Positions 46,231 to 59,000 of a DNA stretch of 64,000 bases are shown here, in pieces; the first letter of the stretch is position 1; the number at the start of each line of letters is the position of its first letter. Location of the stretch: contig OZ037839.1 of NCBI GenBank assembly GCA_964035575.1, forward strand, positions 62,001-126,000, given 5' to 3'. A program made the position numbers and the translations under genes. This DNA comes from Rhynchopus sp. YZ270_cl-10 (taxonomy: Eukaryota). Below the pieces are notes generated by a model. That model worked only from the letters and a program-made list of their open reading frames with translations. It had not been told where the DNA came from and did not search any database.

Positions 46231-47365
46231 CCTCCAAGAACAATGAAAAAAAACAGCAGTTCACACAAGGAGTCATTTGTGTGGAACTGGGTTACGCAGT
46301 TGAAAACCAATCAACAGTTTACTACGTGGTTTCACTATTTCCTCTCTCTCTCTGTCTCTATGTTTTTCTTGTTTGTTTATTAATTTCAGAAAAGCAAAGG
46401 TATTCTAAAGGGTACAAAGCCCATATTCAATCATTGCAGAATTTTAATTCGCGAGCGGAAGTACTCCCTTACTCAAATTCAAAATAAAAGGAGGTGGGTG
46501 TAAAGTTACTTCGGTGCACCCAAAATCTAAAAAAACGTTATTTGTAGTGCTCCTGACGACCCCATTTTGCGTACTTGTTGCGCACTTTGTGCACAAAAAA
46601 AATAATACAGGAATGCCCTCTTTACGTACCTCTTGCGTACTTAGTGCGTAGTTGTTGCGTACTTGGTATTTTTTATTTATGGGGTGGAAATGCTATTCTT
46701 TGGGGGCCTTATTCGTGGGGCCCCTTTTACAGTGCAGGGTTTCATGGTGCGGGTCAGCAACCCAGTTCCCCAGGGCACTCCCTCCTCCTGTGGTTTAACC
46801 ACAACTCATACATTTTGTTTTTACAGAGATTAAAGTTGGCCCGGGTTTGTGGGGGGGTGGAGGTGCTTTTTTGGGGAAAATTTTATGGAAACCCCGCCAA
46901 ACCCGTATTTTGTGCCAACAAGAAATCCCCGATGGTTTATTTCGAAAAAAACTACAATGATATACTGGTCTTCACCAGCTCTCAGTAGCGTCTCGCAGGC
47001 TCTCACAGCTCACAGACTCTGAGGTGAACTAAAGAAATATCATTCACAACAAAACAGGTGTGAGGAAGAAGAAAAGAAAGCGAATAAAAACAAAAAAAAA
47101 ACAGTGTTTCTGGATGTGATATTATTGGTTGCATGAGTAGAATAAAACAGTTCCAAGGAAGGCTGCTTCGGTTTTCTTTCACTTTTAAAAAACCTTTAAA
47201 AAAAAGTCAAAACCAGAGTCAACAGAACTATATTTTTCCTTCTTTCAAAACTTCACACACAACGCTTTTGGTTTCTTGGGAGACACACAAGGTGCCAGGT
47301 TCTATGATATGCACGGAACCATGCTTTATCTTGTGCAGAGAAAAAAGAGTATTTCAACATATGGG

Positions 47366-47566
47366 ATAAGCCCACCCCCCTAAACGGCACCCTTTTGAAT
47401 TTCTTGCACACACTCGGACTATTTGCTCAATTTTTGCTCCTTTGAACTTGTGACCTCAGAATAACGTTTCTGAGGTCACAAGAGCAAAAATAGAGCAAAT
47501 AGTCCGAGTGGAAGTTATCTAATGTGCAAAAAATTCAAAAGGTTACCCTTTAGGGGGTAGGTTTAT
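47366..47566. mobile_element. ~200-bp fold-back (hairpin) MITE-like element
   Basis: Nested inverted arms: CACTCGGACTATTTGCTC/GAGCAAATAGTCCGAGTG, CTTGTGACCTCAGAA/TTCTGAGGTCACAAG, CCTTTTGAATTT/AAATTCAAAAGG. Confidence 0.7.
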
Positions 47567-48119
47567 GGACTGTGCCATATGCGTTCAATACATGATAGCG
47601 TATGGTTTGCAAAACACAAATTGAAACTTCAGTAGTACTGTACATTGGTTTCTGACATTAACCCTGTTCAAAAAGAGAATACAACTACGCCAAGGACTAA
47701 GAAACCACGTTTGAAATACTACTATCTTCACCCACACAGGAAAAACGGGAAACGGAACAGGGGGAGAGTTTGTCAGTTGTACGCTTCCACTTCTTCTGAA
47801 AACTGATATGCCTACAACTTGATATTACAGCTTCAAACAACACGGTAGCATAAGGATCTTACGGAGGAAAAGCATTTTCTCAAGATCTTTGTCCTGATCA
47901 GGATCGCGACATTTTGTGTTCTCCACAACCTTCCTTCACCCCCTGTAAGGGTAGCCGAAGGTGTAGTACAGTGTAGTAGAGTAGTATAGAAATCGTACAG
48001 ATTTTTTGGGGCTGCGACCCGAACAAGAAAAAAGCTTGTGCTTCCAAACAATAAAAAGGTTACACACAACGTGTTCATCCCCAAGAGGAAACAAAGCACC
48101 TATCACGCAGCATGCATGC

Positions 48120-51100
48120 TCACAGCTTCCACACCACAAGGGTGCCGTCACGGCTCACAGTTGCCAGGCGTGTGCCATCGGGGGAGAAGTCCAGGCGTGG
48201 CAGGACAGCCTGCGAGTGTCCCAGCAGGTCGTGCAGCACAGACCCGTCGTGCGACCACACCATCACGTCACCCTCGCCCACAGCAGCAATCATCTTCCCG
48301 TCGCGTGAGAACTTGCTGTCGTGCACAGCACCCGACAGCATGCTCAGAGACACACCGTCCACAGCACTGCCGTCACCAATCGAGCTCCCGGGCAGCTGCG
48401 ACACAAGGATCGTCCCGTCGCTCATCCCACGCAGGAGCGCGTTCCCACCAAAGGACGAGAAGGACAGTGCCGTCACACGTGCACTCACAGAGGGCAGCTC
48501 AACAGCAGACGACCCGTCCAGACCCCACACAGTCGTCACCTCGTCCACCTCAGACCCGCGCACTGTCGCAAGATGTGCACCGTCCACAGAGAACCCCACG
48601 TTGCGTGCATGGTGGTTGATCACAGACGACGCCTTCGTCCTGTCCGACGCAAGCATGTCGAACACACGTGTGCATGCATCCTGTCCACCTCCGCTCACCA
48701 CGTAGCGCCCGTCCCTCGTGAACTCCACACGGTGCACAGGTGTGCTCCCCGATGCAGACATGTCCACCAGGGTTGCCTCCAGCACACCTGTCACAGCGTC
48801 GCACACAACCACACGCCCGCCCTCCCCAGCAAGCGCCACCAGGTTGTTGTCTGGCGAGAACGCAATGTCGTGCACCCTGAAGCCGTCTGCACAGCCCAGC
48901 TGTCCCACCCGCACACCCGTGCGTGCGTCAAACACACGCACAAAACGGTCTGCTGACCCTGTCGCCACACGACGTCCGTCCCACGAGAACGCCACCGACA
49001 GCAGTCCTGCAGGGTGTCTTACTTCAAATGCACACGCGCGCGACGTCCCCTGCTCGCAAAGCTGTGGCACTGTGTCCACCCCACACTGCTCCTGTGGAGG
49101 AGGTGCTCTGCATTCGTACTGGAAGGCAAGGTACGACCACCCGGAGAAATAAGTGCTTCTGAACTGCACATACGCAGAACCACTCAACACGAGATCCACA
49201 CCCTCGAAGGCGGAGGTGTCCGATGTTCCAAGAGGTGTACGGGACCAATCATACTCCAAGTTGAAGTTTGTATCGTTCCCAGTCCCGGTCCCTGAGCTGT
49301 AGATAGACACGAAGCGATAGTGGTACAGCTCAATGTCAGTGAAGTTGAGCACAACGTCGTAATCACACTCAATGTGCCAGCACACCCAGTGGTAGCTGTC
49401 GTAGTTCTGAAAGCTCACGTTCCCAGTCACATTGTCCAGGTTGATGTGCTCATGGCAGCCGTGGGTCACACCAGGTGCACGTGTGTTTGGCGCATCTGTG
49501 GGTGGTGCTTCAGTGGGCACCACATCCTTGCACACGTAGTCGAACTCTAATGTTGATAACCCGTACACATAGTCTGCGTAGTAGAAAGTTGAGAACTGCA
49601 CAAATGCAGAACCCTTCAGCACAAGGTCCTCCATTTGAGTGCCGTCATTTTTATGCTCTTTGTAGTAGCTCTTTCTTCTGTATCCAGAATTGTGCCCTTC
49701 GTACAGGTACAGGTAGGAATAGGTGGCCAGTTGCATGGAGAGCGTGAGCACAACATCCTTGTCACACTCAATGTGCCAGCACTCCGTGTGGTGGCTGCCG
49801 TGGTGCTGAAAGCTTACGTGCCCAGTCACATTGTCCCCCAGGTCGTTGTGCTCGTCACAGACGTAGTTCACACCAGGTGCACGTGTGTCCGGCACATCAG
49901 TGGGTGGTGCTTGAGTGGTCGCTTCCACACACACGTAGTTGAACTCAAGTCTTGACCACCCGTTGATGTAAGGGTTATTGAACTGCACAAATGCAGAACC
50001 TCTCAGCACAACATCCATGGGACTGTGGGAAAGAGGGTGCGGGCTGTAGTTGGATAACGTCTTCTCATAGGTAAAGAATGTGCTACTTCCAGCATTGTTC
50101 CCTGATGTGTACAGGTGCAGTCTGGAATAGGGGGACAACTGCATGGTGGAGAACGAGATGACAACATCCTTGTCACACTCAATGTGCCAGCACTCCGTGT
50201 GGTAGTTGTCGTAGTTCTGAAAGCTCACGTTCCCAGTCACATTGTCCCCCAGGTCGTTGTGCTCGTCACATACCAGCCCCACACCAGGTGCACGTGTGTC
50301 CGGCGCAGCGGTGGGTGGTGCTTGAGTGGGCACCACATCGACACACACGTAGTCGAACTCAAGTCTTGACCATCCGCTGTAGTACGTGCTTCTGAACTGC
50401 ACAACTGCAGAACCATTCATCACAACATCCATGGGACTATCGTGCCGGTTGAAGCTGTTCTCCAAGGTGAAGTCTGTTCCATTTCCAGCATTGTTCCCTG
50501 ATGTGTACAGGTACAGGTAGGAAGAGGAGTACAGCTGCAGGATGGAGAACGAGATGACAACATCCTTGTCACACTCAATGTGCCAGCACTCTGTGTGGTA
50601 GCTGTCGTAGTTCTGAAAGCTTACGTTCCCAGTCACATTGTCACCCAGGTCGTTGTGCTCCTCACAGACGTAGTTCACACCAGGTGCACGTGTGTCCGGC
50701 ACAGCTGTGGGTGGTGCTTGTGTCGCATCCACACACACGTAGTCGAACTCAAGTCTTGACCACCCGTTGTAGTAAGTGCTTCTGAACTGCACAAATGCGG
50801 AACCGTTCAGTACAACATCCATGGGACTGTCGTAATTGTTGAAGCTCTTCTGCAAGGTGAAATCTGTTCCATTTCCAGAATCGTTCCCTGATGTGTACAG
50901 GTCCAGGTAGGAAGAGGAGTACAGCTGCAGGATGGAGAACGAGATGACAACATCCTTGTCACACTCAATGTGCCAGCACTCTGTGTGGTGCCTGTCGTAG
51001 TTCTGAAAGCTCAAGTTCCCAGTCACATTTTCCACCAGGTCGTTGTGCTCCTCACAGACGTAGTTCACACCAGGTGCACGTGTGTCCGGCACATCTGTGG

Positions 51101-51593
51101 GTGGTGCTTGTGTCGCATCCACACACACGTAGTCGAACTCAAGTCTTGACCACCCGTTGTAGTAAAGGCTTCTGAACTGCACAAATGCGGAACCGTTCAG
51201 CACAACATCCATGGGACTGTCGTTATGGTTGAAGCTCTTCTCCAAGGTGAAGTCTGTTCCATTTCCAGAATCGTTCCCTGATGTGTACAGGTCCAGGTAG
51301 GCGTTGCTGCTCCGGAACCAGACCCCCCGCGAGTAGTGTAATAAGTCGTCCAGCTGCAAGAGGGAGAACGAGATGACAACATCCTTGTCACACTCAATGT
51401 GCCAGCACTCCGTGTGGTAGCTGTCGTAGTTCTGAAAGCTCACATTACCAGTCGCATTGTCGCCGAGGTCGTGGTGTTCTTCACAGACGTAGTTCACACC
51501 AGGTGTACGTGTGTCTGGCACATCAGTAGCGTACGTCATGATGTGTAACTCCGTGCTTACACACAGGAGCGCTGCCAAGCATGCGCGCAGCAT
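48120..51593 (-). CDS. Secreted protein: 6 CUB-like repeats + WD40 propeller (paralogue 2)
   Basis: Start MLRACLAALL at 51593 (1157 aa). Same architecture as 26172-29951, with more divergent repeats and loop insertions. Confidence 0.88.
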   Translation of the reverse strand: MLRACLAALLCVSTELHIMTYATDVPDTRTPGVNYVCEEHHDLGDNATGNVSFQNYDSYHTECWHIECDKDVVISFSLLQLDDLLHYSRGVWFRSSNAYLDLYTSGNDSGNGTDFTLEKSFNHNDSPMDVVLNGSAFVQFRSLYYNGWSRLEFDYVCVDATQAPPTDVPDTRAPGVNYVCEEHNDLVENVTGNLSFQNYDRHHTECWHIECDKDVVISFSILQLYSSSYLDLYTSGNDSGNGTDFTLQKSFNNYDSPMDVVLNGSAFVQFRSTYYNGWSRLEFDYVCVDATQAPPTAVPDTRAPGVNYVCEEHNDLGDNVTGNVSFQNYDSYHTECWHIECDKDVVISFSILQLYSSSYLYLYTSGNNAGNGTDFTLENSFNRHDSPMDVVMNGSAVVQFRSTYYSGWSRLEFDYVCVDVVPTQAPPTAAPDTRAPGVGLVCDEHNDLGDNVTGNVSFQNYDNYHTECWHIECDKDVVISFSTMQLSPYSRLHLYTSGNNAGSSTFFTYEKTLSNYSPHPLSHSPMDVVLRGSAFVQFNNPYINGWSRLEFNYVCVEATTQAPPTDVPDTRAPGVNYVCDEHNDLGDNVTGHVSFQHHGSHHTECWHIECDKDVVLTLSMQLATYSYLYLYEGHNSGYRRKSYYKEHKNDGTQMEDLVLKGSAFVQFSTFYYADYVYGLSTLEFDYVCKDVVPTEAPPTDAPNTRAPGVTHGCHEHINLDNVTGNVSFQNYDSYHWVCWHIECDYDVVLNFTDIELYHYRFVSIYSSGTGTGNDTNFNLEYDWSRTPLGTSDTSAFEGVDLVLSGSAYVQFRSTYFSGWSYLAFQYECRAPPPQEQCGVDTVPQLCEQGTSRACAFEVRHPAGLLSVAFSWDGRRVATGSADRFVRVFDARTGVRVGQLGCADGFRVHDIAFSPDNNLVALAGEGGRVVVCDAVTGVLEATLVDMSASGSTPVHRVEFTRDGRYVVSGGGQDACTRVFDMLASDRTKASSVINHHARNVGFSVDGAHLATVRGSEVDEVTTVWGLDGSSAVELPSVSARVTALSFSSFGGNALLRGMSDGTILVSQLPGSSIGDGSAVDGVSLSMLSGAVHDSKFSRDGKMIAAVGEGDVMVWSHDGSVLHDLLGHSQAVLPRLDFSPDGTRLATVSRDGTLVVWKL

Positions 51594-51777
51594 TGTCTTT
51601 TGTTGTGTCCACAGAATATCTGTTGTTGTGTTGTTGTGTTGTTGTTTTGTTGGGTTTATGATCGTACTCCTAGTGGTCAAAAGAAATCAAAATAAAAACA
51701 AAAACAAAAAGGGGAGAGTGAGGGAGGAATCTGTTAGCAATTGGCACCGATAGTTAGAAATGTACGTGCGGGTGGGG

Positions 51778-52218
51778 CTAGAGACCCTTCGCGTCGGCGC
51801 TGCGCACCCCCCCGACACAGAACGTCACGTTCTCTGCACACCGCGGTATGCGTGCGGACCCCGAGGATCTCTTCCTCGACCAAGAGTCCGCCGGCATCAC
51901 CTCTGTCGAGATCCACTCCACGTGCAACGTCATCTTCCCCGCCTGCAGTCCGGAGAAGATTCTGCGCAGGATGACGTTGCCCAGACGAGTCTTGGTGTGT
52001 CCCTTTTGCAGGACGAGTCGCACCGCACCGTTATCGACCCACAGGAGCACGGACGGCCACCCGCTCCGGCCAGCATACCGCAACGCCTTCTCTGCCGCCC
52101 ACAGCTCAAGGTGGAACATGTCTCCCGACAGGTATGTACCCCATTCCGCCTGCGACAAAGGATCTCCCACTGTAGACAACACAAAACCCCAGCCCGTCGT
52201 CGAAGCTTCTGACCACAC
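51778..52218 (-). pseudogene. RNase H domain fragment of a DIRS/VIPER-like retrotransposon
   Basis: WSEASTTGWG, MFHLELWAA, LWVDNGAV..VLQKG, VEWISTEVMPADSWSR match the DIRS-type RNase H motifs (DAS..GWG; LEL; DN; N.AD.LSR). Confidence 0.85.
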
Positions 52219-53069
52219 GGTCCCGGCAAAAACGGACTACGGCACCCAACTCTTAGTGAACAATAGTCTACACAAGAGAGCAGAAACCCAAAAACACAAA
52301 AAGGGGAGGGCGGAGGGGGGTGTCACAACATCTCTCTTGGCGTCCCATGTCTGTACCGACAGTTAGGCCTCACCCTTTCTCTGAGGTGATACACATGGAC
52401 GCCCTTACATGCAGTCCACCGTAACCTATAGGTGTGGCAGAACCGAAGTCCTGGCCTGACCGTTTGTCGCTGTTTAATACTGCGGGTCAGCGTCAGTCCG
52501 CACCTTCGGGCATCACCTTCCCTCATAGCTCATGGCAAAGCCGTCTTCGCACAACGCTGCTGCAGACGCCATCTTACGCCATACGTCCGCAGTTGTATCA
52601 TATAAAGAAAGCTTTTTGATAAAAATTCGTGAAATACAAAAACCAGCGCGTGTGGAAGAAAAAAGGAGAGGAAAATACTTTTTTTTGATTCAAAGTGGTG
52701 TTTACGTTTTGGATACGGGGCGGAGAATAAATCTGTTCGATAAAAGAAACGCGAGCTTATTGTTTTATCTCGTTCAAAAAAATGATGGTTGAAGCGCAAA
52801 CGGCTCTGTGGCCGCAGACACCAATAAAAAGGCAGTGGGAGAATAATGCAAAAAAGAGCAAAATAAAAAAAAAGTGTAGCTGAAAAGAGATTATCACAAC
52901 CTTTTTTCGCAACTTTTCGCACTATTTTTCGAATTTTTTTTCACGCTTTTTTTTCCACATTCTTCCGAGAAGGGTAGATGCGGTACAATGCAGTAAAGTA
53001 GTGAAACATGTTGCAAAAACAGAGCAAAAAAGAGCGAATTTGAGGTTCACTCCCTTTTCAGTCACATTA

Positions 53070-53448
53070 CCGACCCTCTTCCCCGTGAAATTGTCCCCCC
53101 CCAAAAAACCGGTATTTTGCCGCCAGGGAAAATTTGAAGGCAGGGGGGACTAGGGGCAGCGACTCCTCAGGAATTTTTGTCACTTTTTCGATTTTTGGTA
53201 TATAGGGCCATTTTCTGGTCACCACCGGGTGAAAAACACCCCAGAACTGGGTCAGAAACACACTGTGACCGCTGCCCCTAAGGGGGGGGGGACAATTTCA
53301 AGGGAGTCGCGGGGACAACCTTTGCCCCCTTCTTCACACCAAAACGGGACCCCCTACAGTACGATATTGTCCCCCCCTCACTTTCCCCCCAGGGGGGACA
53401 ATTTCAAGAGGGTCGGAGGGGGGGGACAATTTCACGGGGGAGGGTCGG
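53070..53448. mobile_element. TA-target MITE (Tc1/mariner-type); partial relative at ~31470-31605
   Basis: TIRs CCGACCCTC..CCCCGTGAAATTGTCCCCCCC; TA at 53068-53069 and 53449-53450. Confidence 0.8.
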
Positions 53449-54219
53449 TATCAAAAAAGTAGATTTTTTTTTTTCTGTGTTTTTTTCATAACGTGTGGAC
53501 GACTGTCTTACTGTGCAAAAATCACATCCCAAAAAAACACTCACAGGGTGTCAACGATCTTGCTTCTTTGTACTGACGAGTCCCTTCAATGTGGGTCAAA
53601 ATGGTACGTGAAGTGGGTTCGGATACTTTACAGACGAAACACCTCATCGTGAGTCTGGAAGAGATGAGACTGCAGCATCGTATGTATAAGAATTTGCCAC
53701 AGCCTTCCTTCACCCACTGTAGGGTCAGCCACGGTGAAGTAAGGTAGTGGACAATAAATACATTTTTGCTTAAAAACTCATCTATTCCGGCACTCTGTAT
53801 TTGCACTATGCACTTCGAAACACGGCAACAACGTTCAATCCTTTGTGTTCAAACGAAAGAAAAAAACACCATTGTCACCTCACTTTGCTGGCAATAAGCT
53901 GCCATCCTCATCCACACTTAAAAACAGTAAAGGGGGGGGTCGGATAATTGTAGTGGGGGATAACTGTAAAATGGCCAGGGCGTTCGCTATCGCCATCGTT
54001 TTTTCCTGATCGTGGCGAAATGCCAAAACCCCCGAAATTTTCGTTTTTTTACTAGTGCTTAAAATAGGTCAAAAAAAATTTTCCCGCCGGAGAGAAGTTA
54101 GTTCGTGGGGTGAATCCCTGGTACTGAATGGTCAAAAAAAAATTTGCGATTTGCGCGTGATCCCTTCCCCAGCACAAGTGATATTACAGCTGCACTTTCC
54201 TGATACTAAAACCAGCAAA

Positions 54220-54500
54220 ACGATGGAGAATTTCATCAATCCCCCCTCACTGAGGGTCTCTTTGTGTTGTTTAATCAAACAGATGTACAAGAGAGGCATC
54301 TGTCATATGAGACTTCATCCTTATTTTGATTATTTTCAACTCTCTGCCATTGAAGATAGAGTTGACACGAGCAGTGACACCTTCTATAACAGGGGGTACG
54401 GTACACCTTCAGCAGACTGCAGGATTGAGGAGCGAGCGGGAGTGCTGGGGAAACTTCCTCTCACAGCAGGCGGGTTTGCGGATGATTTTGAGTACAGTGG
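54220..54500 (+). pseudogene. Degenerate non-LTR reverse transcriptase fragment
   Basis: LIKQMYK...RLHPYFDYFQLSAIE...PLTAGGFADDF resembles the LINE RT PLSP.LF and (Y/F)ADD motifs. Confidence 0.45.
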
Positions 54501-56031
54501 ACACCCCTCTGCGACCCCCCCTCCGGGGGGGTCTACAGGGTGGTGGGGAGAAATCTCTCTCTCTCTTTTTTTTTAAGTAAGAGAAAACCGAATGGAGTGG
54601 GAACGCTAGTGAGAGCGCAGCGGAAACGATAGTGGGAACGCAACGAGCTTTTTTCATAATGTTTTATTCTTCCCCACAAAATATCACGCGCAGAGAAACA
54701 CTCGTTTTTCACACAGCGCGTCCGTTTGTTTGTTTTTCTCAAACGACACCTTTTTTCAAAATTTTTTACCTCCAATTTTTCTCTCCCCGGTATCACATAT
54801 GATACTGATTTCCATGGATACACATGAAAAGGAGTTCCGTGCTATTCACAGAACTCGATAGGCGATTGAGCTTATCTAACAACAACCAAAACAAAAGAAA
54901 GTACAAAGAAGAGAATAAAAAATGCAGGAAAAATAGACAAAGAGAAAAACAAAGAGATTTTGACAAAGTGAACAATAAAATTTTTCCCCCTTTTTTTATT
55001 TATTTATTTATTTATACAGGGTTTCGCCCCGGTGGGGCGAAGCCCTGGGGCGAAATAAAATGTCATTTTTTCAGGAAAAGATTTTTTTAACGAAAAAAAA
55101 TATTTTTCGCCCCGGGGCGAACGCCCTGAAAATGGCGGATAAAAAAAAAATATATCGCCAGTTTTTTCTTCTCAACAAATGGGGGATAGTTGTAGTGGGG
55201 GATAAAAAAAAATCTCTCCTTTTCCCCATCTGAATATCCCCATCCCCAAGGAAAATCCACACCAAAAACGCGGTGTGGGAAATGGGGGATAACTGTAGTG
55301 GGGGATAAAATAAACCAAAATGGGGGGGAAAAGAGAGAAAAAACGGGGAATAATTGTTTTATCCCCCACCCCCCTTAAAAACAAACTCAAAAAAAGAGAG
55401 AAAAAAAAGAAAACAAAACGTGAAAGACGAATGGCCTCTCGTGCACACACGTCTCCAAAAAAGGGGGGTTTAAAAAAAAGGGGGGGTGGGAGGGGCACAC
55501 ACAAAGATAGTCACATTCAGAGTAGTGCTTTTTCTGTTGCCATTTTCCACGTTTCCTATGATCTGACTCATGAGGGTTTCGTGAACGACGATGCAATGAT
55601 ATCATCACAATCGTGGGAGGGGGGAGTGTCCGTCATCGCTGATAGTTATTGTTCTTTGTTGTTCCACAATTTGCGAACAACATCATTGATTCGGTGTGGC
55701 AAATGGGATGGGGAAAAGAGCACGATTATTGACAACAGAAATGAAAGCACTGCAATGAGGAGTGCACAGGAGGGGAGATTCCGGTCTCGGGCTACAGAGA
55801 CCAACCAAGGAATGCATAAGGTGGTCAGACACATGTGTCAAATGGGGAATGGTATAAATTCCTTGGTCGCAATAGTAAAACTAATAAAAAATAACGATTC
55901 AAAAGTGAAATTGATAGACACTGTTTCCACGACACAACAAACGGAAGAATTTCTTCCAAACAATAAAAAGGTTACACACAACGTGTTCATCCCCAAGAGG
56001 AAACAAAGCACCTATCACGCAGCATGCATGC

Positions 56032-59000
56032 TCACAGCTTCCACACCACAAGGGTGCCGTCACGGCTCACAGTTGCCAGGCGTGTGCCATCGGGGGAGAA
56101 GTCCAGGCGTGGCAGGACAGCCTGCGAGTGTCCCAGCAGGTCGTGCAGCACAGACCCGTCGTGCGACCACACCATCACGTCACCCTCGCCCACAGCAGCA
56201 ATCATCTTCCCGTCGCGTGAGAACTTGCTGTCGTGCACAGCACCCGACAGCATGCTCAGAGACACACCGTCCACAGCACTGCCGTCACCAATCGAGCTCC
56301 CGGGCAGCTGCGACACAAGGATCGTCCCGTCGCTCATCCCACGCAGGAGCGCGTTCCCACCAAAGGACGAGAAGGACAGTGCCGTCACACGTGCACTCAC
56401 AGAGGGCAGCTCAACAGCAGACGACCCGTCCAGACCCCACACAGTCGTCACCTCGTCCACCTCAGACCCGCGCACTGTCGCAAGATGTGCACCGTCCACA
56501 GAGAACCCCACGTTGCGTGCATGGTGGTTGATCACAGACGACGCCTTCGTCCTGTCCGACGCAAGCATGTCGAACACACGTGTGCGTGCATCCTGTCCAC
56601 CTCCGCTCACCACGTAGCGCCCGTCCCTCGTGAACTCCACACGGTGCACAGGTGTGCTCCCCGATGCAGACATGTCCACCAGGGTTGCCTCCAGCACACC
56701 TGTCATAGCGTCGCACACAACCACACGCCCGCCCTCCCCAGCAAGCGCCACCAGGTTGTTGTCTGGCGAGAACGCAATGTCATGCACCCTGAAGCCGTCT
56801 GCACAGCCCAGCTGTCCCACCCGCACACCCGTGCGTGCGTCAAACACACGCACAAAACGGTCTGCTGACCCTGTCGCCACACGACGTCCGTCCCACGAGA
56901 ACGCCACCGACAGCAGGCGTGCAGGGTGTCTCACCTCAAATGCACACGCACGCGACGTCCCCCGCCCGCAACGCTGTGGCACTGTGTCCACCCCACACTG
57001 CTGCTGTGGAGGAGGTGTCGGTGCTCTGCATTCGTACTGGAAGGCAAGGTACGACCTCCCGTAGTAGTAAGTGCTTCTGAACTGCACAAACGCAGAACCA
57101 CTCACCACAAGCTCCACACCCTCGAAGCCGGTGGTGTACGAGGACCAGTCATGCTCCAAGTTGAAGTTTGTGTCGTTCCCAGTCCCGTTCCCTGAGCTGT
57201 AGATGGACACGTAGGAATAGTAGTACAACTGAATGTCAGAGAACTTCAGCACAACGTCGTAATCACACTCAATGTGCCAGCACTCCGTGTGGGAGCTGTT
57301 GTAGTTTTCAAAGTTAACGTACCCAGTGCCTATCCGGTCGTTGTGTGCCTCACAGACGTAGTTCACACCAGGTGCACGTGTGTTTGGCGCAGCTGTGTAT
57401 GGTGCTTGAGTGGTCGCATCCACACACACGTAGTTGAAATCAAGAGCTGAGCCGCTGTAGTAACTGCTTCTGAACTGCACAAATGCAGAACCGTTCAGCA
57501 CAACATCCATGGGACTGTCGAAATAGTAGAACCTCTTCTCCAAGGTGAAGTCTGTTGCATTCCCAGAATCGTTCCCTGATGTGTACAGGTCCAGGTAGGA
57601 AGAGTAGGACAGATTCATGGTGGAGAACGAGATGACAACATCCTTGTCACACTCAATGTGCCAGCACTCCGTGTGGTAGCTGTCGTAGTTCTGAAAGCTT
57701 ACGTTCCCAGTCACATTGTCCCCCAGGTCGTGGTGCTCTTCACAGACGTAGTTCACACCAGGTGCACGTGTGTCCGGCACATCTGTGGGTGGTGCTTGAG
57801 TGGTCGCATCCACACACACGTAGTTGAACTCAAGTCTTGACCCGGTGTAGTAACTGCTTCTGAACTGCACAAATGCAGAACCGTTCAGCACAACATCCAT
57901 GGGACTGTCGTAATTGTTGAACCACTTCTCCAAGGTGAAGTCTGTTGCGTTTCCAGAATCTTTCCCTGATGAGTACAGGTGTAGGAAGGAGTTGCTGTAC
58001 AGCTGCAGGTTGGAGAACGAGATGACAACATCCTTGTCACACTCAATGTGCCAGCACTCCGTGTGGTACCTGTCGTAGTTCTGAAAGCTCACGTTCCCAG
58101 TCACATTGTCCCCCAGGTCGTTGTGCTCCTCACAGACGTAGGTCACACCAGGTGCACGTGTGTCCGGCACATCTGTGGGTGGTGCTTGTGTCGCATCCAC
58201 ACACACGTAGTCGAACTCAAGTCTTGACCACCCGTAGTAGTAAGTGCTTGTGAACTGCACAAATGCTGAACCGTTCAGCACAACATCCATGGGACTGTCG
58301 AAATAGTTGAACCTCTTCTCCAAGGTGAAGTCTTTTCCATTTCCAGAATCCTTCCCTGATGAGTGCAGGTCCAGGAAGGAGTTGCTGTACAGCTGCAGGT
58401 TGGAGAACGAGATGACAACATCCTTGTCACACTCAATGTGCCAGCACTCCGTGTGGTGCCTGTCGTAGTTCTGAAAGCTCACGTTCCCAGTCACATTGTC
58501 CCCCAGGTCGTTGTGTTCCTCACAGACGTAGCTCACACCAGGTGCACGTGTGTCCGGCACAGCTGTGGGTGGTGTTTGAGTGGTCGCATCCACACACACG
58601 TAGTTAAACTTAAAACTCGACCACCCGGTGTAGTAAGTGCTTCTGAACTGCACAAATGCGGAACCGTTCAGCACAACATCCATGGGACTGTCGTAATTAT
58701 TGAACCTCTTCTCCAAGGTGAAGTCTGTTGCGTTTCCAGAATCGTTCCCTGATGTGTACAGGTCCAGGTAGGAAGAGGAGTACAGCTGCAGGTGAGAGAA
58801 CGAGATGACAACATCCTTGTCACACTCAATGTGCCAGCACTCCGTGTGGTAGCTGTCGTAGTTCTGAAAGCTCACGATCCCAGTCACATTGTCCCCCAGG
58901 TCGTTGTGCTCCTCACAGACGTAGTTCACACCAGGTGCACGTGTGTTGGGAGCAGCTGTGGGTGGTGATTGAGTGGTCGCATCCACACACACGTAGTTGA

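Noticed and set aside
51594..51680. N-terminal extensions of paralogues 2 and 3 given by the ORF track (also 59869-59931)
   Set aside because: They begin at non-ATG or upstream codons in C/A-rich leader. The conserved signal-peptide start MLRACLAALL matches paralogue 1.
55320..56531. 403-aa plus-strand ORF
   Set aside because: Low-complexity repeat sequence joined to the antisense of the WD40 region.
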